A model generated the notes under the pieces. The model was not told the origin of the DNA. It saw only the letters and a program-made list of their open reading frames with translations, and did no database searches. From the NCBI GenBank assembly GCA_964483625.1, contig CAZABB010000001.1, positions 3,222 through 67,221 of the forward strand: DNA of 64,000 nucleotides. Direction: 5' to 3'. The position numbers and the translations under genes are program-made. Positions 55,890-64,000 of this stretch are shown in pieces. This DNA comes from an uncultured Planctomycetia bacterium (GTDB taxonomy: Bacteria > Omnitrophota > Gorgyraeia > Duberdicusellales > 4484-171). Every line of letters begins with the position of its first letter. Position 1 is the first letter of the stretch.

Positions 55890-58121
55890 TCACAGGTAGC
55901 TTTCCGGCTCGCCATAGAAAAAATGTATGGAGAATTCTCCCCCTTTGTCTCTCTGGATACACCAGGAATCGCGACGATAGGAAGCCCCGTCTTCTCCGTT
56001 CACAAACCAATTATGTATGAGCACTTTCATGTCGTCGGGGATGCGAATAACAATAGACTGTTGCTGATGCAAAAGAGGAAAGGCGGGAAGGGCGGGTTGA
56101 CGCGCGCTATGCCGAGGAGAATCCGGCGAATGCACACGGATGGGACTCACGACATCGAGTCCGAACGAATTATTGCCAGAGGAAGAAAAGGCATTCAGGT
56201 CTATCGTGCAGGTTTTTAGATAATCGATTTTTTTCGGATCGATAAAAACGCAAACGGGAAGAGACTCCGCCTGCCACGTCACCTCAAGATCAGTATAATA
56301 GAGATCGTACAGCTCCTCACGGTTCACAAGGTCAATTGCCGGCAGTTCTTCATGAGGGATTATACGAATCGCATCCTGAATATCATTACAGAGTTTTTCA
56401 AAGTTAATCTTAATATAAACCTCTCTCGGCTTTGAATCTTTTCCCGGAGAAGAAAACGGACATTTATGGTTACCGAGAACATCCCATTGAGAATAAAACT
56501 CTTTAAATCGGGTATAACGCGGTAGGTTATGCGGGGGAAACAGCTGATTCAGCGCAAGCTGTTCTTTTTTTCGTTTATGTGTGAAATCCAATTTGGTGAA
56601 AAGTCTCCGGTAGTTCGGGAGAAAAGGGGTTTGCGATACCGTACCCCTTGCCAGCCGATAATACGCGTGGCTCTCTGTCTGATAGAGCGGATAACGTTCG
56701 TAAAAACTCTTGTCCTGAGGAAAATCAAGAGATGCGGCAAAACGGATGCACCCAAAAAGAAACAGCAGGTTTAAAGCAAAAAGTCCTATCTTTTTCATGT
56801 TCATTCTACGAATGAGGCTTTCGGCCCCGCAGGCAAAAAACACATAGAGAGGCAAAAAGGCCGTCACGATGATCCGATACTTATCGCTCTGGATCCAGTT
56901 GCGCTGAACCGAAAGCACTCCCAGTACCGCAAGGAAGAAGGAAAGAAGAAACAACGCTTTTTTACGATCCCGGCCAAAAACGGAACCCAGCCCGAACAGA
57001 ATAATTGCCGAAATGAGATAGCCAAAGTAATTAATTATATTCACAGTGTAGAAAAGTAAGTTCGGAAAAGGCACAAAGGGCGTCCTCATCCATCGCGTAA
57101 AAGACTCCTTGAGCAGGCTCAAGGAAGAACGCGTTTCCCCCAGACTCTGAAATCCATGGTGCATAAGATGGGGGATGTTAAAAGAAAACGTGAACAGCCC
57201 GGCAACAAAAAAAAGCATATAGTCCTTTGCGCCCTTTTCCTCCCGATAGTACCAGAATAGCACCGGGATGAGGCAGAGAAGAGAAAGAAAGCGCAAGCCC
57301 GTGCCGGCCATGATGCCGAACATAAGACCGTGAAGGATGACTTTATTTTTATGGAAAAATATCGTATAAATAAAAACAGCCGACAATGCGAGATTGATAA
57401 CGTTGCGGTCCAAAACCTCTATCGATAACACATAAGGGTTGAAAATTGCGAAACAGGCGCCAAGGCAGGCAATAATATCGGGCAAGAACATTCTTTGGAG
57501 GATAAGATAAACAAATATAAAAAGGAGAATCGCAAAGGATATATATACCGCTTTAAACGTGGCCAACTTAAGAAGGGGAAGAAAAGGTGCGGTAAAAAGA
57601 GTATTGCCCGGGGTATTAATAATCGCTGAAACCGCGGGCACAAGTCTCTCTGAATACCCTTGAGGATTTAAGAGTCCATAGAGACGGAACGTCTGCATCG
57701 CAAAACAATCCGCTTCTCCTCGGAGAACATACGAACCAAGTGATAAAATAAATGCTTCGTTGGAATAATAGAAAAAAGAAACCATGCCCGTTAGTAAAAT
57801 CAGAAACAAAAATAACCAGCGACGTTTTAACTCAGAACATATGCGTTCAAAGGTTAAAGTTACTCTGTTTATTTCGTGGCGGAAATATACCAGGCAAAAA
57901 AATACGGTGACATAGAGACAGGAGAACGAAAGGATAAGCCAGAGGTTGATATAATAGTTGAGCCAGAGTGAAAGGTTGACGGCCAAAAACGGGAGGCAGG
58001 TAAGACTAAAAAAGACGGTAAAACCTGTTTTTTCCGGCAGGGGGGCATGTTGAAAAAAATATTCTGTGGTTAAAAAACCCGCAGCGAGGATAAGCAATAA
58101 CAGAGCTGTTACCAGTAACAT
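55890..58121 (-). CDS. Multi-TM membrane protein, putative GT-C-like transferase with C-terminal soluble domain
   Basis: Many TM helices; shares NPYVLSIE, RTPF.PFP, LSVQ.NW, L.FP.D..FY.RYP blocks with 46694-48412. Confidence 0.6.
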   Translation of the reverse strand: MLLVTALLLLILAAGFLTTEYFFQHAPLPEKTGFTVFFSLTCLPFLAVNLSLWLNYYINLWLILSFSCLYVTVFFCLVYFRHEINRVTLTFERICSELKRRWLFLFLILLTGMVSFFYYSNEAFILSLGSYVLRGEADCFAMQTFRLYGLLNPQGYSERLVPAVSAIINTPGNTLFTAPFLPLLKLATFKAVYISFAILLFIFVYLILQRMFLPDIIACLGACFAIFNPYVLSIEVLDRNVINLALSAVFIYTIFFHKNKVILHGLMFGIMAGTGLRFLSLLCLIPVLFWYYREEKGAKDYMLFFVAGLFTFSFNIPHLMHHGFQSLGETRSSLSLLKESFTRWMRTPFVPFPNLLFYTVNIINYFGYLISAIILFGLGSVFGRDRKKALFLLSFFLAVLGVLSVQRNWIQSDKYRIIVTAFLPLYVFFACGAESLIRRMNMKKIGLFALNLLFLFGCIRFAASLDFPQDKSFYERYPLYQTESHAYYRLARGTVSQTPFLPNYRRLFTKLDFTHKRKKEQLALNQLFPPHNLPRYTRFKEFYSQWDVLGNHKCPFSSPGKDSKPREVYIKINFEKLCNDIQDAIRIIPHEELPAIDLVNREELYDLYYTDLEVTWQAESLPVCVFIDPKKIDYLKTCTIDLNAFSSSGNNSFGLDVVSPIRVHSPDSPRHSARQPALPAFPLLHQQQSIVIRIPDDMKVLIHNWFVNGEDGASYRRDSWCIQRDKGGEFSIHFFYGEPESYL

Positions 58122-58291
58122 ACACGTGATAGGTTAAAACGCAATAACGACGTTCCCCGTAAATAATATCGCTGGGATGCACCGGCGGATAAAAACCTCT
58201 CAGACAGAAAGAGATGTCACCCCATGGGCGTCTATTATGCGAACTTTTTTCGAAATATTTTCACCGGGGAAGCCCGTTGTTTTCGTAAAAA

Positions 58292-61200
58292 CTACTGCTC
58301 GTCACTGTCCTGTTCTAATTCTTGCAATAACTCCCGTGCTTCTTCACCAGCAAACTTCAACCCAATAATCGTCTCCAACATTCGTCTGGCTTCCTCAGGA
58401 TTATCTGTTTTGCGATAGAGTCTCCCCAACGCCACATAACTTTCATATTGGGAGGGTTCTAATTCAATACTTTTTTTAAGAACGTCTATTGCCTGTTCAT
58501 AATTTTCCTGTGCCTGATAAACCTCAGCTAATCCGGTATACAGAGATATCTCCTCTGGATATATCTGAATTCCCTTCCGATACCACCGTACAGCTTCCGC
58601 ATAATCCCCTTGCTGGGAAGAAACCATCCCCAACCCCCGATAAATGTCGGCGGCGGGATCAAATTCTAAAGCCTTTTTAAACCACTTCTGTGCTTCACTA
58701 TTATTTCCCTGAACCTGATATATCCACGCCAACGCTCCGTAGTTATCGCTCACATCGGGAGTCGACACAATCCCTTTTTGATACCATTTGATTGCTTCGG
58801 CATAATTTCCCTGACCGTAATAAATGCTGCCAAGACCATGATAGCCATAGGGATCTTCGGAATCTATCTGGATTGTTTTCTTAAACCACTTGGTTGCTTC
58901 GGATACATTTTCTTTTTCCCGGGCGATCCATCCCAACCCGACATAATGATTACTGTTTTCGGGGTCGCATTCGATAGCTTTCTCAAATAACTCAGAAGCT
59001 CGGGTAAAATCTTTTTGGTCAAGAAAAATCCAGGCCAATCCATTATAGCTCATTCCATCGTCGGGATTGCTTTCCAGAGCACGCTGGAACCATTCTTTTG
59101 CTTCGTCATAATCACCCTGCTGACGATAAATTTCACCAATACCTCTATAGCCGGTGACTGACGTGGTATCACGGGAAATCCCTTGTTTGAACCATTCTAT
59201 CGCCTCATCGTATTTACCCTGAGCTGATGCGATATGAGCAAGCCCCATATAATTTTCCGGAAATTCCGGGGCAACTTCAACCCCTTTTTTATACCATTTC
59301 GCCGCCTCATCCCGATCTCCCCGGCGATGATAGATTCCCGCTATGCCAACATAGCTATCTCCTATCTTGGGAGCCTTTTCGATCGCACGCATAAACCATT
59401 CTATCGCCTCATCGTATTTACCCTGCTCCGAAACAACATGCCCAAGATACACATAGTGATCCGGGACTTCTGGATCGACTTCAATTGCCTTCCTGTACCA
59501 CCGCTCTGCTTCATCCCATTTTCCCCGCCGGCGATAGACATCGGCAATGCCCCTATACACGTCTTCTCCTTCATACCCTTTTTCTAGCGCGCGTTGAAAT
59601 AATTCTATCGCCTCATCGTATTCGCCCCGGGTTAAAGCACTATACCCGAGACCCACATAGTTTGATACCGACTCCGGCGCGATTTCAACCGCTTTCTTGT
59701 ACCACCGGGCCGCCTCATCCCATTCCTCCCTCTGACGATAGATATCGGCAAGCTCAGCGTATCCCTGTTTTTCTTCGGGATTTTTTTCTATGGCACGCAT
59801 AAACCATTCTATGGCTTCATCATGCCTGTCTTGAGCAGAAGCGATTTGCCCCAGCCGCACATAATAGGCCGCCTGCGGTACCACAGCGATCGCTTTCTTA
59901 TACCATTCGACAGCCTTCTCCAGGTTTCCCTGCTGGAAATATACTTCAGCGGTATCCCGATAAATTTCCCCATCCTGCCGGTCTTTTTCTATCGCGCTTT
60001 CAATCCATTTCTCAGCTTCGGCATATTCCCGTCGCTGCAAAAACATCAACCCAATCAACCTGTAAGCTATACTATTCTCAGAATTTATCTCTATCGCCCT
60101 GCCCCACTGTTTCTGTGCCAATGCAGATTGACCCATCTGTTGGTATGCCATACCAAGCTGTACATAAATGTAATAATTATCTGCTCCGGGAGTGATATAG
60201 TTGAGGCCTTTTTCAAACGATTCAACCGCTTTTTCATATTCTTTCTTCTGCAAATAGATTCTCCCTATCCCTTCGTACGCATCGTAAGGATTGATTTCAA
60301 TTCCTTTTTTAAACCATCCCATGGCTTCGTCATACTTATTCTGAGCAAAAAATATATCTCCCAAAAGCACATAGGCTTCGGGGCTATCCCGATCATTCAT
60401 TTTGACAGCTTTATCCAACCACGTGAATGCCTGTTCATATTTGTTCTGCCTAAAATATATCCGCCCCAGACCAACATACGCACGGGTATCGTTTTGATCG
60501 TCTACTGCCAATGCCTTCTGAACCCATTGGATCGCTTCGTCATACTTACCTTGGTTCTCTTTTATCGCCGCGAGTCTCAGATAACTATTGCTATGGGAAG
60601 GATTGATGTGTAGTGATTTTTGATACCATTGGATCGCCTGGTCATATTTTCGTAGAGCCGCAAAACTTCCCCCAAGCTGATCCATACTCTCGATATCATC
60701 CGGTTCCTTTTCTATCGCGCGTTTAAACCACTCTATCGCTTCCCGGAATTCTCCGCGCGACTTATATACCAATCCGATGCCATGGTACCCCTGAGCATTA
60801 TCCGGCTCTATTTCGGTTGCCGTGCGAAAAGCTTCCATTGCTTTTTCGTCTACCCCTTGCGAAAGATAACTATAGCCTTTTCCCACATACAGATCGCTAT
60901 CATCGCGAATCCCCATGGATAAACCTTTCTCAAACCACTTTAAAGCATTCTCGTAATCTGCCTGCCCATGGTATATCCAACCGAGAATTACATATGCATC
61001 GCGCTGTTTGGGATCATTCTCTGCTCCTTCTTTAAGCCATTCGATCGCTTCTTCAATATTTCCCTGATCACGATAGGCCTCTCCCATCCCCACATAATTC
61101 TCCGCAACCGAAGGCGCAGCCTCAATCCCCCGTCTGTATAATTGCATCGCCTGATCAAGCTCTCCCTGAGAATAATAGGCCCACCCGAGGGCTCGATATA

Positions 61201-61609
61201 TCTCACCATCACCGGGATTTTTATCCAGAGCCTTTTTTAACCAGGAAATTGCTTCTTCAAGTTTGTTTTCTCTTAAAAGAATAAAGGCAATTTGCGCGTA
61301 GTTGCCATAAAACTCGGGCACAGCGGCTATCCCTTTCTTAAGTAATTTGATCGCTTCTTGATAATTACCTTGCTCTGCATACAGGCGTCCCAGCTGACGA
61401 TAATAATTCCCCTCCCCAGGAGTGCTGATAATCTGTTGTCTAAACCATTCAATAGCCTCATTTATCCTGCCCTGCTGAATAAGCTTAGTTCCCTTGTCGG
61501 GATTTTGGGCGGCGATACTATGCGGCACCGGAATCAAACTCAACATACTCACAAAGAGAAGGAAAACAACATGTCGACAACTGAACATTATATTTTCTTT
61601 ACGCCTCAT
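58292..61609 (-). CDS. Exported all-TPR protein (about 30 repeats)
   Basis: Signal-peptide-like N-terminus; continuous 34-aa repeats Y..LG..Y..QG.Y.EAI.WF.KA; AGGAGG SD. Confidence 0.92.
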   Translation of the reverse strand: MRRKENIMFSCRHVVFLLFVSMLSLIPVPHSIAAQNPDKGTKLIQQGRINEAIEWFRQQIISTPGEGNYYRQLGRLYAEQGNYQEAIKLLKKGIAAVPEFYGNYAQIAFILLRENKLEEAISWLKKALDKNPGDGEIYRALGWAYYSQGELDQAMQLYRRGIEAAPSVAENYVGMGEAYRDQGNIEEAIEWLKEGAENDPKQRDAYVILGWIYHGQADYENALKWFEKGLSMGIRDDSDLYVGKGYSYLSQGVDEKAMEAFRTATEIEPDNAQGYHGIGLVYKSRGEFREAIEWFKRAIEKEPDDIESMDQLGGSFAALRKYDQAIQWYQKSLHINPSHSNSYLRLAAIKENQGKYDEAIQWVQKALAVDDQNDTRAYVGLGRIYFRQNKYEQAFTWLDKAVKMNDRDSPEAYVLLGDIFFAQNKYDEAMGWFKKGIEINPYDAYEGIGRIYLQKKEYEKAVESFEKGLNYITPGADNYYIYVQLGMAYQQMGQSALAQKQWGRAIEINSENSIAYRLIGLMFLQRREYAEAEKWIESAIEKDRQDGEIYRDTAEVYFQQGNLEKAVEWYKKAIAVVPQAAYYVRLGQIASAQDRHDEAIEWFMRAIEKNPEEKQGYAELADIYRQREEWDEAARWYKKAVEIAPESVSNYVGLGYSALTRGEYDEAIELFQRALEKGYEGEDVYRGIADVYRRRGKWDEAERWYRKAIEVDPEVPDHYVYLGHVVSEQGKYDEAIEWFMRAIEKAPKIGDSYVGIAGIYHRRGDRDEAAKWYKKGVEVAPEFPENYMGLAHIASAQGKYDEAIEWFKQGISRDTTSVTGYRGIGEIYRQQGDYDEAKEWFQRALESNPDDGMSYNGLAWIFLDQKDFTRASELFEKAIECDPENSNHYVGLGWIAREKENVSEATKWFKKTIQIDSEDPYGYHGLGSIYYGQGNYAEAIKWYQKGIVSTPDVSDNYGALAWIYQVQGNNSEAQKWFKKALEFDPAADIYRGLGMVSSQQGDYAEAVRWYRKGIQIYPEEISLYTGLAEVYQAQENYEQAIDVLKKSIELEPSQYESYVALGRLYRKTDNPEEARRMLETIIGLKFAGEEARELLQELEQDSDEQ

Positions 61610-61662
61610 GTACCCCTCCTTTTATCTTATACAATCCTCTTTTCAATATCTCATCTCAACTC

Positions 61663-63414
61663 TCATTTTACTCCTTTGCAATGGTTTTGAAATAGTTCTT
61701 TTCCTTTACCGTTATCAGGGTATTTTTTTATCAATTTGTTGAGCAATTCGCAGGCTTCTTCCCGACGACCCTGGTACAGGTAAATTCTAGCCAGTCCGTT
61801 ATACTGCTTATAACCAATACCTGACACCATGTCAATTACCACCTTGCCATTTTCCCTTTCCTTTTGAGATTCCTTTTCTTTTAAAGCGATGAGCGCCGAT
61901 AATTTCTGCGGCCAGGGTGTTTTCTCCTTACCTTTACCGACCCTTTCTAATTTTCTGAGAACGTAAACGCACCGTTGGTTAATCTTTAATAGTTCTAAAG
62001 AGCATTTTTCAGCTTTATCATATTCTCCCATTTCTCGATACGCTTCGTATAAACCTAAAAGGGCAAAAATATTAAAAGGTTTTCTCTTCAAAACACCCCT
62101 GTAAAGATCCTGCGCTTCGCGATAACGGTGTTCATTGGCATTCACCCAGCCTAATCCCAGTAATGCGGTAGTCATATCGTTGACTTTACAGCTCAATGCT
62201 TTATTAAAATATCTGCGGGCTTGATTGTACTGTCCTTCGGCATTGGCCAAGTGTCCTAACCCGGAAAGCGTAATAAAACTTTCGGTATCCTCGGTTATCT
62301 GCATGTATGCCTTACGGGCTTGAGCGTATTCTTGACGTACAAGGAATATAAATCCCTGTAACGATAACTTTTTCCACTTCTCCTCTTCGGTTAAATGAAG
62401 CGCTGAAACTTGACGAATAATGTCTTCCGCCCGGGTAAATGAACCAGTTTCAATATAGTATGCAATAAGATTGAAATACATTTCAGACCGCCGAGGATTT
62501 TCTTCTACCGCCTTCAGAAGAGCATCTTCTGCCAAACCTGACTTGCCCATCATTTGATAAGCAATGCCCAATCCCTGATAAGGACAACTATAGGTAACTC
62601 GCGAGGAACGATCAATTGATGCAGTGAAAACCTCAACGGCCTTTTCATAATCTCCTAATCGCAAAGCGGTTCTCCCCAGCCCCTCAAGACTATACGCATC
62701 GTCGGGATTAATTTTTATCGCTTTTTCAAACCATATATTTGCTTGAGCATATTCCCCCTGATCCCAATACACTCTCGCCATACTTTCATACGCCCGGCTG
62801 TTGCGGGAATTTATTTCTATTGCTTTCTGAGCCCATTTACGTGCTTTAGAATAATCGTGGTTTTCCCGGTAAATCCGGCTCAGTCCCATATAATTAAAGA
62901 CTTCCTGAGGATTATATGATATCGCTTTTTTAAAAAACAGAGTTGCTTCTTCGTAATGTTTTTGCTGCAAATGAATTAGCCCTAATCCTTTATAGATATC
63001 GGCAGTTATACCATTATCTTTTTTTCGGGAATTCAATTTCAGGCTGTGTTCAAAATATTTCGTAGCCTCCGGCCATTGCCATAAATCGATATATCTCCAA
63101 CCTAATGCTATATAACTGAATATATCATTCTCATCTTTTTCAACAGCTTTTTTAAACCATTGGATCGCCGTTTCCGTTTCACCCCGCGCCCGATAAACTT
63201 CTCCTATTCCCCGATAATTCTCTGATAAATAGGGTGCCATACTTCTCGCTTTTTTAAACCATTGCATTGCTTCGGCGTATTCTCCGCGATCATAATGTTC
63301 CAGGCAACAGAAGTGTAATATTCCGCAATTTTTCGGATCAAAACGCTGAGCGACGGAGAAACTGCCTGTAACTGTATATATCGTCACGAAAACCAAAATT
63401 CTAAGCTTATCCAT
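61663..63414 (-). CDS. TPR repeat protein
   Basis: Hydrophobic N-terminus; about 13 TPR repeats. Confidence 0.9.
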   Translation of the reverse strand: MDKLRILVFVTIYTVTGSFSVAQRFDPKNCGILHFCCLEHYDRGEYAEAMQWFKKARSMAPYLSENYRGIGEVYRARGETETAIQWFKKAVEKDENDIFSYIALGWRYIDLWQWPEATKYFEHSLKLNSRKKDNGITADIYKGLGLIHLQQKHYEEATLFFKKAISYNPQEVFNYMGLSRIYRENHDYSKARKWAQKAIEINSRNSRAYESMARVYWDQGEYAQANIWFEKAIKINPDDAYSLEGLGRTALRLGDYEKAVEVFTASIDRSSRVTYSCPYQGLGIAYQMMGKSGLAEDALLKAVEENPRRSEMYFNLIAYYIETGSFTRAEDIIRQVSALHLTEEEKWKKLSLQGFIFLVRQEYAQARKAYMQITEDTESFITLSGLGHLANAEGQYNQARRYFNKALSCKVNDMTTALLGLGWVNANEHRYREAQDLYRGVLKRKPFNIFALLGLYEAYREMGEYDKAEKCSLELLKINQRCVYVLRKLERVGKGKEKTPWPQKLSALIALKEKESQKERENGKVVIDMVSGIGYKQYNGLARIYLYQGRREEACELLNKLIKKYPDNGKGKELFQNHCKGVK

Positions 63415-63497
63415 CTTCTTCCTACAACACTGTCAATTTTTAAACAATTTTACCCCTGTTCTTTCTATTTTCGATCACTATCTCATCAGGATTCATC

Positions 63498-64000
63498 CTA
63501 CCTGGTTTTTGTGTAAGCAGATAATATCTGCTGAGCAGTCGTCGTCCAGTTATACCTCTCCTGAGCCCGCCGACGCGCTTTTACGCCTATTTGTCGTTTA
63601 TATTTTTCATTGTCAATAATCTTGCATATGCCCTGCGCCAGAGACTCGATGCTTCCGGGCTCGGCAAGAACTCCGCCGTCGCCGAGCATAGTGCTTATTT
63701 CTCCTACTTCACTGGCCACGATAGCTTTGCCGGAAGCTAAATATTCGGCGATCTTAAGAGGGCTTTTACAGCGAGTCACGTCGTTGTCCTCAAAACATGC
63801 GACGCAGACATCTGCGGCAGCGACATAATGAGGTATCTGATTATGGGTGACCGCTCCGGTAAAAATAACCCGGGATTGAATGCCTAATTCTTCGGCACGT
63901 TTTTTTAAACGGCCTGACTGATATCCTTCTCCGACAATCATAAAATATATATCTTTCTCATACTTACGAAGCACATGCTCGGCGGTATCGATAAAAAGAT
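63498..64000 (-). CDS. Glycosyltransferase family 4, C-terminal part (5' truncated by window edge)
   Basis: Frame open to window end; IVGEG, FTGAV, KSPLKIAEYLASGKAIVASEVG, YNW. Confidence 0.9.
   Translation of the reverse strand, partial: LFIDTAEHVLRKYEKDIYFMIVGEGYQSGRLKKRAEELGIQSRVIFTGAVTHNQIPHYVAAADVCVACFEDNDVTRCKSPLKIAEYLASGKAIVASEVGEISTMLGDGGVLAEPGSIESLAQGICKIIDNEKYKRQIGVKARRRAQERYNWTTTAQQILSAYTKTR

Noticed and set aside
59822-60613. Long antisense ORFs (e.g. 59822-60613, 757-1434, 9258-9911, 37442-38089, 47150-47773)
   Set aside because: Fully shadow well-supported genes on the opposite strand and have no recognisable motifs

Overview
Bacterial chromosomal window almost entirely occupied by a very large cell-surface/glycoconjugate tailoring locus in four long operon-like blocks (601-13764 minus, 14062-26680 plus, 26706-42164 minus, then 45026-50342 plus converging on 50345-64000 minus). 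I count 16 radical SAM genes (6 cobalamin-dependent, 10 SPASM/twitch-type, one truncated by the window edge), 7 GT2 and 2 GT4 glycosyltransferases, 2 ArnT/PMT-like GT-C enzymes plus 2 novel paralogous GT-C-like membrane proteins, 3 CmcH/NodU/TobZ-family O-carbamoyltransferases (one with SxtJ- and SxtK/DUF5989-like partners, the latter missing from the ORF track), 2 PP-loop enzymes, 2 polysaccharide deacetylases, 2 SGNH proteins, myo-inositol-1-phosphate synthase, a methyltransferase, an ABC-2 exporter and two large TPR proteins. A housekeeping island (purC, GTP-PEPCK, tRNA-Leu(GAG)) and a lipoprotein glycoside hydrolase sit in the middle. DNA-level oddities read directly: a 686-bp identical direct repeat inside otherwise diverged tandem B12-radical SAM paralogs, a perfect 69-bp inverted repeat inside two convergent carbamoyltransferase paralogs bracketing three radical SAM genes, and a 124-bp hairpin-forming tandem repeat reiterating the 5' end of tRNA-Leu. 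No transposase, integrase, CRISPR, RT or RiPP precursor/RRE was found. All family calls are from motif recognition by eye, not database searches; the gene content is reminiscent of Ca. Omnitrophota/PVC-type genomes (inference only).
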